From assembly GCF_009914755.1 (NCBI RefSeq), contig NC_060942.1: DNA of 64,000 nt. One strand, given 5' to 3'. The stretch's first letter is position 1; every line of letters begins with the position of its first letter. The notes under the pieces were generated by a model that was given only the letters and a program-made list of their open reading frames with translations, was not told where the DNA came from and did no database searches. The position numbers and the translations under genes were made by a program. Below, one piece after another: positions 1 to 14,295 of the stretch. This DNA comes from the human T2T-CHM13v2.0 reference genome, Homo sapiens.

Positions 1-1179
1 ATGATGATCGAGGAGGAAGGCTGTGGTTTGCAGCAGGAATTGCAGAGATTGTCATGAAGGGCATCTGGTTTAGAATTCAGCTTAAATTCGGAAGACACAC
101 ACTACATTTAGTAACATAGCCCGCTGAGGAACACTGATGGAAAGCCTGGGAAACCATAAACGGTGCTCGCATTTCTAGAGTGGAAAATGTTCTAAAGTTT
201 GTTCACTGCAATTCACATTGTATTTTGTAAGGTTTCTTGGTTCTCATTCAAGGCACCAAAAACACAGCAGAGAATTTTATATTAATTGGAACATTAATAA
301 TGCATTTCTAAAGCAAATGATGTCTTTCGGATTTCAAAGGAAATTTCAGAAATGTGTGGCCAAAGTGTTCTCTGCAGCTCAGCGGGCTGAGCCCATCATC
401 AGGGATTCATGCGAATGGATTTCTTCTGGAGATCCATTGGCACTAAATAAATTGGTGGATAAAGTAAATGCATTCACGTAAACCGGTTTGATTAGCACCT
501 CTCGCCCTTCTAAATGAAGGAATAATATCCTGTGATTCTCTAACAGACGCTATTTCAATGGTGTCTGTTCAACATGCACAGAATCCCTTAAAGATTACAA
601 TTGTATTAAAAGCCCCAAACATTAATTATATCCGCCAGAACATTTCACAAATGGGAAGAAATCTTTAGGGCTTTCTGTTCCTCAAGTGCCATGAAACACT
701 GGAAGTGTATTCACAACAACAGCAAAACACCAACACCGTCCCATTCCAGGCTGGTCTTGTCACCTGAGCGCGCACACCGGCCCTCAAGGCGCCAGCCTGG
801 TCCTGCCTTCTCTGCCCCCTCACTGATGTTGGGGGGCCTCACACCATCACGACTTCTCTGAGAACACTGACCATGTTTTCTCAAATGCCCTTGCACTCAC
901 CCAAGCACAAAGAGGTGCCCAGGTCATGACCGCGGGTTAGCGCGACGGTGGCTGAGCCAAGCTTCCCTCCTCACTTCAGACCACGCAGCCGGCTGGAGCC
1001 TGTTGTGCGTCCCAGCGGCCACTCCTCCCTTTTTCCTCAGCATCATCCCTGGTGTTTAGATGGGCATATACCTTTGGAAAGATCCTACTGCTTCACTACT
1101 TCAATTCAAACCAGTTTGCTATGTTTTTCTTGAAACTTTCAGGATTGTGTTTCTGCCTAACATCAGATGAAGAGGAAGA

Positions 1180-2790
1180 CTGCGTATATAATGAAAAAGA
1201 CTACAGGCCAAAGAACATCCTGATGGAAATAAATAGGAGCATAATAACTGCAAATCCTACAACAGACCCCGAGAAAAGGTTTGAGAATATCGCAGTGGAT
1301 GCACTTGGAAAAGGCAGTAAACCACATGGGAAGGCCCTGGGAAGACAAAGACTCAGCAGGAGAACAATGGGTGTCCCTGCTGCAGACGACCAACCAACGG
1401 AGCGGAAGATGACGTCCAAACATCATGTAAGAAAATGAAATGAAAAAATCTAAGGTTTTGTAGATGGAAAGAGGACATTCTGGCAAAATTAGACACACAG
1501 CAGGCAACACCAAAAATACAACTGTTATCCTTGTAACTGGGCATGACTCCACCTGTCTTCCAAAGCTGGGAACTGCAGCCCTAGAACTCCCTGCCTGCGC
1601 TGGTCCAGGCTGAGTGCGCCCATGTGCGGGACGAGGAAGGTGCAGGTGAGGCTGCCGTCCCCGAAGGGGCGTCACGCCGGCCTCATGTCGTCCTCGAAGG
1701 GGCGTCACGCTGGCCTCATGTTATCCCCGAAGGGGCATCACGCTGGCCTCATGTTATCCCCGAAGGGGCGTCACGCCGGCCTGATGTTATCCTCGAAGGG
1801 GCGTCACGCCGGCCTCATGTCGTCCTCGAAGGGGCGTCACGCCGGCCTGATGTTATCCTCGAAGGGGCGTCACGCCGGCCTCATGTCGTCCTCGAAGGGG
1901 CGTCACGCCGGCCTGATGTTATCCTCGAAGGGGCGTCACGCCGGCCTCATGTCGTCCTCGAAGGGGCGTCACGCCGGCCTGATGTTATCCTCGAAGGGGC
2001 GTCACGCCGGCCTCATGTTATCCTCGAAGGGGCGTCACGCCGGCCTGATGTTATCCTCGAAGGGGCGTCACGCCGGCCTCATGTCATCCTCGAAGGGGCG
2101 TCACGCCGGCCTCATGTCGTCCTCGAAGGGGCGTCACGCTGGCCTCATGTTATCCTCGAAGGGGCGTCACGCTGGCCTCATGTTATCCTCGAAGGGGCGT
2201 CACGCTGGCCTCATGTTATCCTCGAAGGGGCGTCACGCTGGCCTGATGTTATCCTCGAAGGGGCGTCACGCTGGCGCAGTGCTGCAGACGTCTCCACGAG
2301 CTCCCACATCACAGTGTGGCAACCTGACCAGGGGCTCTTGGACTCTGCCAGACACTCAGGCTGAGTCAGGCAGATGCTTCCCAGCTCGGGCCACAGCTGT
2401 CTAGAGCCCTACTTCCCCCGAGCCCCTGGCTGCCCTGTAAACCCTACATCTTATTTTAAGCCCCCATCTCCCCATAATAAGCAACTGACATAACCCAGAT
2501 GAATAAAGAAATTAACTTATTTAAAAGAATAATTCAGACCTACAAATTTTAAAAATCAAATCAGCTACAAGAAGAAAAACAATAGGGCTAGTCTCAGACT
2601 CTTCCACGGGCAGAAGATAGTAGAAAACATGCAGTGATGGCAAAGTTGTGAAGAAAAGAATGACACAGCCAAGGCGTCCTTCCAACGTTAGGGCAGGCAG
2701 CGCAGCTTCAAGCATCAAACTGCAGAGATTATAAAATTGCAGAGATTAGCCATGAGCCCTTCTTTTTAAAAATATCGCCTACTATCCTAA
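1180..2790 (+). mobile_element. Very old L1-type ORF1 relic (HAL1/L1ME-like), interrupted at about 1530-2510 by unrelated sequence carrying the 33-bp VNTR
   Basis: A-rich degenerate sequence resembling L1 ORF1 on both sides of the interruption (e.g. 2560-2690 'agctacaagaagaaaaacaatagggctagtctcagactcttcc'). Resemblance only, not aligned. Confidence 0.4.
1661..2275. repeat. CpG-rich minisatellite, 33-bp unit, about 18.6 copies
   Basis: Unit (t/c)cgaaggggcgtcacg(c/t)ggcct(c/g)atgt(ta/cg)tcc. It produces the 11-aa repeats in ORFs 1622..2404 and 1624..2364. Confidence 0.97.
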
Positions 2791-3125
2791 AAGCTAATCA
2801 CACTGCAGAGGACAGACATGGAAAAGTCAGAGAAGAGGGCCAGTGCTTGCCACCGAGCACAGGTAAGCGTGGAAGAAACATGAAGCCCCATGAGGATTGT
2901 GCTGAATAAAGAATGTGAACACTGGAAACCCAGAGGATGCAAAAACAGTAACATGATCAATAAACAACTGAGGGCCGGGGCGGGGGGCGGGGGTGAGTGT
3001 GGAAATGCCCACCCCACAAAACACAGCGTTACCAGAGCTCTCCAAAAACAGTGCATGGAACCTTAAAAAATTACTCCAAAGTTCTCATTCATCATAATCG
3101 TATTTTTTTTAACCTCAGGGAATAA

Positions 3126-3521
<396 letters not shown>

Positions 3522-3843
3522 TAGATTCAGGTAAAGTAGCATAATATCATTTTCAATAAATAGCATTTCTAGTATAATCCCAGTTCATAAAACTATATTT
3601 AGTTAGTCCTCTAATAATGTATATACGCTTCATCAAAAATGTGTAGCATGATGATCACCCAAGATTAATGATGACAGTTTTTGAGCAGCAGATTTGGGAT
3701 TTTTTTCATTTTTATCTTTTTACTCTACAGCATTATTGGATTTACAATTTACAATACATAATGAATATAATTTCTAAATAGTAAGTACTTATAAATTATT
3801 ATAAAATATGTGAGTTATAGTAAATACATCTCATTTTAGATAA

Positions 3844-4207
<364 letters not shown>

Positions 4208-4996
4208 CACTTCAATATATCTTTTAAAAATTAAGTCCTTGTGTATTTCTTTTTCTGATAATAGAGTTTCAGATAATTCTTACCAATCCTCTTGCTAGCA
4301 GCTAAAATATCAGTCAAAAGTGGAGTTTGTGTAAAGGCTAACTAGAAAGTGCAAGGCAGTGGAGAATTGTATCCCCAAGATCTAGCAGGAGAAGAAAATA
4401 CAGAAAAGGAAGCACAGGATTTGAACTACTGCCCCACCCCTACCAAGGGCATCTCGTCCTTCAAAGAGGCAGCTAGGAGAGTGAGAAGATGTGCAAGACT
4501 TCTTCTTCTTTTAAGATAAAATGTGCAAGATAAAATAAGTTTATCTTGGTTCAGTGAATTTAAAAAAAAAAAAGTGGAGTCCAGTTTTGGAAGAGGAGAC
4601 TGGTAATTCCCCTACACTTTTTGGGACCCTGACAGGCTTAACCCTAGAACTGAAGGTGAGTTTCATAGACTTTAGATCCATGAAACTGGATTGAGGTGAC
4701 CCAGGGCTACCAATGCCTTAGCTTCCCCCGAGAAGAAAATACAGCCTCTACAGAGAGATAACATCATCACATCCCTCAAAATATTTCTACAGTTTTTTTA
4801 TATGCAGTTCCCATCACTCAATAATAACCAGACACATCAGAAAACTAGATAATATGACCAAAAGTAACAGAAAGAATGCACAGTATAACCACACCACATG
4901 GAGCCTGGGTACAGAATGAGACACATTTAAAATTACACTGTCAATATGTTTAAGGCAATTATTTTTAAATTATTAAGAATTTTAACAGAGAAATAT

Positions 4997-5509
4997 GCAA
5001 CAAATCACCCTAATACTTAGGGGGTTAAAACAGCAACAATTTTATTTAGTTCATCGTTCTCTTTAGCTCAGCAGTTTAGGCTGGCCTCAGATGGGCCATC
5101 CGTCTGGTCTGGCCCAGGTCCTGCTGTCTCTGGTGGGCCTCCCTTCATGCTGGGAGCGTCTCCCAGGAGCAGCAGCACAGCTGCAGAGCTGAAATGACCC
5201 GACGTTCCTCCTTGCAGTCTATCATCCTTCATCAGGCTGGCTGGAGTTTGTTCACACAGTAGCTAAAGGGTCCCTGTCCAAGGACAGAAGATGCAAAACT
5301 TCTCAGGTGCAGAGGCTCAGAATTCACCCAACGCTTCCACCAGGCTCTACTGGTCAAAGCCAGTCACTTGGCCGCCCAGCTTCCAATGACAGGGAAATCG
5401 TGATTTCTGCATGGGGATGGGGGCAGCCTAAGCTGCTAATCCAGGAGAGTGGGTGCTCCAGATGCCTGGAGTGGCAAAGAATCTCCGACCATTTTCACAA
5501 TCTACAACA
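4997..5509 (-). mobile_element. MaLR solo LTR (MLT1 family)
   Basis: Typical MLT1 ends: 'aacaaatcaccctaatacttagggggttaaaacagcaacaattttattt' and 'ggcaaagaatctccgaccattttcacaatctacaaca'. Confidence 0.75.
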
Positions 5510-5572
5510 GCTAGAAACCAGGGAGGAAGAGGAAAAGGAGAACAACCATCAAATTAAAAATTGTAGAACTAG

Positions 5573-5878
<306 letters not shown>

Positions 5879-5904
5879 CTAAAAACTAGAATAAAGGAAA
5901 TTTA

Positions 5905-8900
5905 GGTGTTTCTTTTTTCCAAGATGGCAGATTAGAAGCTTTCAGTCTCAGCCACTTGGAAATAGCAAGATGATAGTGCATAAAAATGAACTCTGAACTT
6001 TAATTCAAAAAGGAAATCAGGGATCCACCCCAATCCATGAAGGACACCCTAGATCCCAGGGAGGAGAATGCCTGCAAACTGCCCTGTGACAGTCCCTGGT
6101 TGATAAAAGTGAGTGGAACCCCCATATGTGAAGGAGGCAGAGAGCCTCCCTCTGTGACTTCCCTTTCCCCTGGGATCTGAGCAACCCAGGCCAAGGGATA
6201 GCCTTTGCTTTGCTCAAGCCCAACAGCTAACTTGGAGAGAGGCTGGGAGACACTGTGAGGGACAGACACCGGGAAAAGCTGCAGACATTGTCCCAGACTT
6301 GGGACCGAGAGCAAGACACCATTTTTAATCTGGGCACATATAAAATAGGCCATTGATTGGTGACCCGGCAGCGTGGCCATGCAGGCATCTTAGTCTTGGG
6401 CCAGAGATTGGAGCACCTGCTCTGCAGCACAGTAGGGGCCTCCATGGCCAGAACTGTGGAAAGCATCTCGGCACTAGGGCTAAATGGTACCTCCCCACCA
6501 ACCCCACTGCAGGCTTGGGGCAGGAGGAGAACTACTACAGCTGCAGTTTCTCCTGGACAGTGAGACTTTCAGCCATGGCCAGCTTAGTGACCTGAAACAG
6601 ATTTGTGTGTGTCACTGCTGGGTGCCCCAGCCAGCTCCCCTGAGATCGTGGTACAGCAGGGCCTTCTCTGCTCTACCTCCATGCATAAATCCAGGCATTT
6701 GGAGCACCTGCTTGCCTGGATCTGCAGCCTAAGGCACCACACCCTTCCTGAGCATACATCATGGTGCAGTGAGCCTCTCTCCACTCCACATCAGGCAGAT
6801 CTCCAGGCATTCAGAGCATCTGCTCACCTGGATCAGGGGGCTGGCCTGTCCCCTCTTCTGCTGTGAAGTGATCCTGGTGTGGGGAGACCCTCTCCACTCC
6901 ACACCCAGGCAAATCTCCAGGCATCTGGAGCACCCACTCTCCTGGATTAGTAGCTTAGGCTGCCCCCAACACCATGCAGAGAACTTGGGGCCAAAGAGAT
7001 TTCCTAGCTCCAAGCCTAGGCAAACCTCTGGGTGCTTGGTAGCTGCCCACTGGGTTCTTCCTCAGCATTGCTGCCTGTGCCCACCATCAGGGGTCCTGTA
7101 GGTGGGCCAGTCCAGTCTAGCCCTGCTCTTCATGGCTCCCACCCCCAATTCCTAAGGCCAAACAGGGAGTTCAGCATTCCACTGTATATTCCATGAATCA
7201 GCCCATTGCCTGAGGCAACAGAGAGCTTCTACCAGTAAACAAGGACAAGTATATACCCAGCCACATTGGCTGCAGTTGGCTCTTACCCATAAGCACCATC
7301 TATGGGCTTGTAGGATGAACTGCACGGCCCAATATAAAACCTGCCAAAAGAAGTGCATAAGGCTATAGAAAGATCCTACCCAGCATTCTCTACACTCACA
7401 CCCCCTAGGGAGTGGGAGAAGGAAAGGGCAAGAAAAAATAGTATAAAATAATAATAACATTATTGGGAAAGAAATAAAAAGAAAAAATCCTACCTGCACA
7501 AAAATACTTATAAAAATTAGAAGTGCCAATATCTCCAGATGAGAAAGAAACAGCATGAAAATTCAGGCACCATGAAAAATCTGAATGTAATGACACCATC
7601 AAAGGATTGCACTAGCTCTTCAGCAATGGTCCCTAACCAAAATGGAAATTTAGAAATGACAGACAAAGAATTCAAAGCATAGATTGCAAGGAAGCTCAAC
7701 AAGATCCAAGGCAAGGTTAAAAATCAATACAAAGAAACCTCTACAGCAATCCAGAAAATAAAGAAAGAGATAAACATCTTAAAAAGAAATCAGTCAGAGC
7801 CCCTGGAATTGAAAAACTCACTTAAGAGATTTCAAAATACAACTGAAAGCTTTAGCAATGGACTGGACCAAGCAGAAGAAAGAAGTTCAGAATTTGAAGA
7901 CCAGTCTTTTAAACTAACTCGGTCTGACAAAAATAAATTTAAAAAGAATTTTTAAAAATGAGCTAAGTCTTTGAGAACTGTGGGATTATGTAAAGCAAGC
8001 AAACCTATGAATTATTGGCATTCCTGAGAGAGAAGAAGAAAAAGCAAACAGCCTGGAAAAAATATTTGAGGGAATAATTCAAGAAAATTCCCCTAATCTT
8101 ACTAGTGAGGTAGACATCCAGATATAAGAAAACCAAAGAGCACCTGCAAGATACTACACAAAATGAATGTCACCAAGGCATATAATTGCCGGACTGTCCA
8201 AGGTCAGCACTAAAAAAAAAGAAAAGAAAAAATCTTAAAGACAGCTAGAGAAAAGAGGCAGATCATGTACAAAGATAACCCCATCAGGCTAACAGCAGAC
8301 TTACTAGCAGAAACTTTACATGCCAAGGGAGATTGGGGGCCTATTTCCAGCATGCTTATAGAAAAGAAATTCCAACCAAGAATTTTGTATCCTGCCCAAC
8401 TAAGCTTCATAAGTAAAGAAGAAACAAAATATTTCCCAGATAATTAAATACAAAAGCAATTTATTACCACTAGACCAGTCTTATATTAATAAGAGATTCT
8501 TAAGGGAGTTTCAAACATGGAAACAAAAGAATGATACCAGCTACCATAAAAACACACTTACATACATAGTCTACAGACCCTATGAAGACACAATAGAAAC
8601 TACAAAGCAACCAGCTGACAACTTCACAACAGAATCAAAACCTCACATATCAATATTAATCTTGAATGTAAATGATCTAAACAAGCCAATGAAAAGCCAT
8701 AGAGTGGCAAGTTGAATTAAAAAAAAAATCCATTCATCTGCTGTCTTCAAGAGACCTATCTCATATGTAATGACACCAATAGGCTCAAAGTAGAGGGTGG
8801 GAGAAAGATCTACCATACAAATAGACAACAAAAAAGATAAGGGGTTACTATTCTTATATCAGGTAAAACAGACTTAAAACAAACAATAGTAATAAAGGAC

Positions 8901-11900
8901 AAAGAAGGGCATTACATAATGATAAAGGGTTCAATTCAACAAGCAAATGTAACTTCTCTAAATATATAAGCTCCTAACATGGGAGCACCAAGTTTCATAA
9001 CAACTACTTTTAGACCTATGAAAAGTCTTAGACAACTACAATAATAATGGGGAACTTCAACACTCCATTAACAGAATCAGACAGATTGTTGAGGCAGAAA
9101 ACTAACAAAGTTCTGGACTTGACCAATTGGACCTAAAAAACATCACAGAATATTCTACCCATCAACCACAGAATAAACATTCTTCCCATCTGCACACAGA
9201 ACATACTTCAAGATTGACCACATGCTCAGCCATAAAGCAAGTCACAATAAATTTTCTTAGAGTGGAAATCATACCAACCATACTCTCAGACCACAGTAGA
9301 ATAAAAATAGAAATCAATACTAAGAAAATCTCTCAAAACCACGCAATCAGAAAGAAAGCAAACAACTTGCTCCTGGATGGCTTTTGAGTAAATGATGAAA
9401 TCAAGGCAGAAATCAAAAAAATTCTCTGAAGTAAATGAAAACAGAGACATAACATCAACATCTCTGGGATACAGCAAAAGCAGTGTTAAGAGGAAAGTTT
9501 ATAGCACTAAATGCCTACCTTAAAAGATAGAAAGATGTCAAATTAATGTTCTAACATCACACCCAGAGGAAATAGAAAAACAAGACCAAGTTAACTCCAA
9601 AGTTAGCAGAAGAGAAGAAATAACTAAAATCAGAGAGAAACTGATAAGGCCCAAAAATTCACATAAAGAATCAACAAAAACAAAAGTTGGTTATCTGAAG
9701 TATAAATAAGATCAATAGACCACTAGCTGGATTAACAAAGAAAAAAAGAGAGAAGATCCAAATAAGCACAATCAGAAATGACACATGTGACATTACAACC
9801 AGTCCCACAGAAATACAAAAATCCTCAAACACTATTATGAACACCTCTGCAAACACAAACTAGAAAATATAGAGGAAATGAATAAATTTCTGGAAACACA
9901 CAATCTCCCAAGATTGAATCAGGAAGAAAATGAAACATAAAACAGACCAATATCAAGTTCCACAATTGAATCAGTAATAAAAAGCCTACCAACCAAAAAA
10001 AGCCCCCAGACCAGATGATTCACAGCTGAATTCAACCAGATGTACAAAGAAGAGCATGTACCAATTCCATTGAAACTATTCCAAAAAATCAAGGAAAAAG
10101 GATTCCTCCTCAACTCATTCTATGGAGCCAGCATCACCCTAATACCAAAACCTTGTAAAGACACGACAAAAAAGGAAACTACAGGCCAATATCCCTGATG
10201 AACATAGACACAAAAATCCTTAACAAAATACTAGCAAAGCAAATTCAACAATAAATCAAAAATTTAATTCACCATGATCAAGCAGTTGTATTTTAAAATT
10301 CCTTAAGTGAGTTTTTCAATTCCAGGAGCTCTGATTGATTTCTTTTTAAGATGTTTATCTCTTCCTTCATTTCCTGGATTGCTACAGAGGTTTATTTGTA
10401 TTCATTCCTGAGATGCAAGGTTGGTTGAACATATGCAAATCAGTAAAAGTGATTGACCACATAAATAGATTAAAAACAAAAACCATATGATCATATCAAT
10501 AGATGCAGAAAAGTCTTTTGATAAAATCCAACATCTCTTCATGATAAAAAAAAAAAAAGAAAACTCAAGAAACTAGGCATTGAAGGCATATACCCCCAAA
10601 TAAGAGCCATCTATGACAAACCCACAGCCAACATCATACTGCACAGGCAAAAACTGGAAGCATTTTCCTTGAGAACTGGAACAAGGAAAGGATGCCCACA
10701 CCCATCACTCCTATTCATCATAGTACTGTTAGTGCTAGCCAGAGCAATCAGGCAAGACAAAGAAATAAAAGTCATCCAAATAGGAAAAGAAGTCAAACTA
10801 TCTCTGTTCACAGATGATCTGATTCTATACATTGAAAATTCTAAAGACTCTACCAAGAGGCTCCTGGAATGGATAAATGACTTCAGCAAAGTTTCAGGAT
10901 ACAAAATCTATGTACAAAAATCAGTAGCATGTCTATACAGCAAAAATATTCAGTCCAAAACCAAATGAAGAATGCAATCCCGCTTGCAGTCACCACAAAA
11001 AAAATAAAATAAAATACTCAAGAATACATCTAACCAAGGAGGTGAAAGAACTCTACAAGAAGAACTACAAAACCATGCTTAAAGTAATCATCAGTGACAC
11101 AAACAAATGGAAAAATATGCCATGCTCATGGATTGTAAGAATCAATATAATTAAAATGGCCATACTGCCCGAAGCAATCTACAGATTCAACATTATTCCT
11201 ATGAAACTACAAATGTCATTTTTTACAGAATTGGAAAAAAAACTATTCTAAAATTCATATGAAACCAAAAAGGAGCCTGAACAGCCAAAGCAAACCTAAG
11301 CAAAAAGACCAAAATACCAAAGCTGGAGGCATCACATTACCTGACTTCAAAGTATACTATAAGGCTACAGTAACTAAAACAGCATGGTACTGGTACAAAA
11401 ACAGACACAGAGACTAATGGAACAGAATAGAGAACCTAATAAAACCAAAACACACATGCATTTGCACGTTCATCACAGCACTATTCACAATAGCGAAGAC
11501 ATGGTATCAACCTAGATGCCCATCAACCATGGATTGGATTTTTTAAATGTGGTACATATACACCATGGAATACTATGCAGCCATAAAAAGAATGAAATAT
11601 CATCCTTTGCAGCAACATGGATGCAGCTGGAGGCCATTATCCTAAGTGAATTAAAACAGAAAAAGAAAACCAAATACCTCATGTTCTCACTTATAAGTGG
11701 GAGCTAAACATTGGATACTCATGGACATAAAGATAACAACAATAGACACTGGGGACTACTTGAGGGGAAGGAGGGAGGGAGACAGGGAGAAAAGGTTTAA
11801 AAACTAACTGTTGGGTATTGTTCTCAGTACTTGGGTGATAGGATCATTCCTACCCCACACTTCAGCATCACACAATATACCCAGATAACAAACTTGCACG

Positions 11901-11945
11901 TGTACCTTCTGAATCTAAAATAAAAGTTGAAAAAGGAAAAAAAGA
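5905..11945 (+). mobile_element. Near full-length, inactive primate LINE-1 (older L1PA, roughly L1PA13-16/L1PREC type)
   Basis: 5' 'ccaagatggcagattag'; GC-rich 5'UTR to about 7500; ORF1 remnant (8265..8447 'PIRLTADLLAETL...FQPRILYPAQLSF'); ORF2 RT remnants (10669..10968 'RTGTRKGCP...[11 protein letters not shown]', 11042..11251 '[10 protein letters not shown]'); 3'UTR ending 'aatctaaaataaaagttg' plus A-tail. Many stops and frameshifts. Confidence 0.95.
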
Positions 11946-11949
11946 AAAA

Positions 11950-13700
11950 TGTAAAACTCATGGATGAATTTAAGACACAGTTGAGGAGAGAATTAGTGAA
12001 CTGGAAGATTCAGTCAGAAGAAAATAACAAGAATGAAGCATAGAGAGATAAAGAACAGAAAATAAAGAAAAATGCTTTAAAAATATAGGAAATGGAGTCA
12101 GGAGCTCTATCACATGTATATTTGGAGTCTGAGAAACAGATAAAAGTGAAGATGGCCCAGAGACTTTATTTAAGGAGATATATTTTAAAAGGGCTCAAAA
12201 TGTTGAAAGACATTAAGCCACAGATTTAAGAAATCCTATAAATACCATTTAGAAAATAGCAAGAGAAACCACATATGGGCACATTATAGTAAAATTTCCC
12301 CAAAAATAATAAAGATAAAATCTTCAAAGTAGGTTCTTGAAAACATACATTACATTCAAAGGAAAAAACATTAGACTGACAGCTGGCTCCTCAAAAGACA
12401 ACATAAAAGCCAGAAAACAATGAAATGATGCTTTTGACTCTTGCTGGCAGAAAATAATAGCTGACCTAAAAATCTGTATTTCATAAATACCTTCTAAGAA
12501 TGATAGTATAAAAAAATTTTCTGATAATCAAAAACTGATAGAACAAAGAAGTAAATCACACAATTGTAATAGATTTAACTTCTTCTTCCTCAATAACTGA
12601 AAAGATAAATGGCTTTTTTTAGTTGGGGGAGTGTTTTAAAACATTAGAACAAGAAAGCTAACAAATTTGTCTTGTATCACAACTATAGAATACACTTTGT
12701 TTTTAGATACTCATGGAAAATTTACGAAAACTTAGCATATGCTGGGCCATAAAGCAACTCTCAGCAAATTGGAAAGGATTGAAATCATTCAGAGTTTTTC
12801 TCTGACCTGAGTGCAACTAAACTAGAAATCAACAATAAGAAGTTAAGTAGCAAACCCCCATATGCCTAGAAATCGAGGTATATACTTCTAAACAGAACAT
12901 TAGTCAAAGAAAAAATTTTAATTAAAATTATATATACTTTGAACTGAATGATAATGTAATTGTTTTCTATGGCTGCATAACAGATTATTACAAAATTAGT
13001 GTCTTACGACAGCACCCATTTATCATCTCACATTTTCCATAGCTCAGGAGCCTGGGCAAGGCCCAACCGGGCCCTTTGCTCAGGGTCTTACAAGACTAGG
13101 AGCAAGGTGTTGGCCTCATCTGAGTTCCAGTCCTCCTCCAAGCTCCCCGGAAATTGGCAGAATTCATTTGCCCTTAGCTCCTTGAGGCCACCCACCACTT
13201 TCCACCACAAGGCCCTCTCCACAGCACAGTAGTTTGCTTCTTCAAGGCCAGTAGGAGAGCATCTCTCCTGCTTTGAATCACTCTGGTCTCTTAGCCTCTT
13301 TATAGAGGCTCTCCTGATTAGCTCAGGCCCAATGAGATAATCTCCTTTTTGATTATCTGAAAGTCAATTAAGAACAAGTGCAGAATTCCTTCGCTTTATC
13401 CTATAACATAACTGATTTCAGTCAAAGATCCATCAAGTTCATAAGTCCTACTCATCCTCCAGGGGAAAGAAATACAGGTGTGTAAGCCAGGTGTGAAAAT
13501 CATGGCTCTCCTGCAGAAGTCTGCCTCCCACTTTCAGCAAAATGGAAAATGTCAAAACAAGTGAGATTCGGCCAAAGGCAAAAGAAAGTGTATAGGCTTA
13601 GATATACGTATCAGAAAAGGAGAAATACTGAAACATTAATGAACTATACATCCATCTAATTTTTTTAAAAAAGAACAACAAATTAACCCCAAATAAAGTG
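11950..13700 (+). mobile_element. Old mammalian L1M (ORF1 to ORF2 start) hosting the younger insertions; upstream parts probably at about 4260-4995 and 5510-5900
   Basis: ORF1-like 'gaggagagaattagtgaactggaagat' and 'attagactgacagctggctcctc'; ORF2-like 'gctgggccataaagcaactctcagcaaatt...aactagaaatcaacaat'. Continuity across the nested insertions. Confidence 0.75.
12955..13531 (-). mobile_element. MaLR solo LTR (MLT1 family) nested in L1M
   Basis: 'tgtaattgttttctatggctgcataacagattattacaaaattagtg...catttatcatctcac' and end 'agaagtctgcctcccac'. Confidence 0.75.
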
Positions 13701-13834
13701 AACATACTCTAGAAGGGAATCAACACAGACAAGAATGCATTCCTTGAAAAAACTTTGACATTAATCTCAAAGAAAAAAGAGCTCAGAAATCTATAAATAA
13801 AAGATAGATGGGTCCCTAGAAACATTTTTACACT

Positions 13835-14295
13835 CAGGTCAACACAGGTCCAGGTGCTGCTGTTGTCTGCAGGCTCACCTTGTTGCCATAGCAACAGCTA
13901 CATCTGCCTGCTGCCTCTCCTGCTTCATCCTCTGGGCCCACGGCCAGGTAGTTGTGAACCTGAGACACAGGGTCCCCACTACTCCCACAGGTTACCTGCA
14001 TGTCACAGTCAGAGGCTCGCAGGTGGTAAGAGCCCAACTTGGATTCAAGTTCACCCTCATGCCTTCCAGATGTACATGCAGGTTCCTGTTTCTCTTCGTC
14101 CCCATGTCACATCTGTCTGTCCTGCCTGACTGCCTGCCTGGCCAACTTCAGGCTCTGAAATGGACACAGAAGCAACAGCCTGATGGACACCGTTTCACCA
14201 GCTCCACAACTGCCCCAGGCCAAGTCCCTATCAAATACCTCCATATGCTATTTCTCTCCTAGTGGTTCTAACTCTCTGCTGAACCCCAACATCTG
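13835..14295 (+). mobile_element. Probable ERVL solo LTR (LTR16-like)
   Basis: 3' part 'ccaagtccctatcaaatacc...ctcctagtggttctaactctctgctgaacccc' resembles the LTR16 family end. Confidence 0.45.

Noticed and set aside
1052-1438. 128-aa ORF as a protein-coding exon
   Set aside because: No recognisable family; the A-rich part is better explained as an old L1-type ORF1 relic.
1622-2404. 260-aa and 246-aa repeat-protein ORFs
   Set aside because: The 33-bp unit is a multiple of three, so frames stay open by construction.
6640-6990. Three diverged repeats of roughly 110-120 bp as a novel element
   Set aside because: They lie within the L1 5'UTR and are most simply part of that element's structure.
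7500-11710. Functional reverse transcriptase/endonuclease gene
   Set aside because: L1 ORF1 and ORF2 are broken by many stops, frameshifts, an insertion and a deletion.
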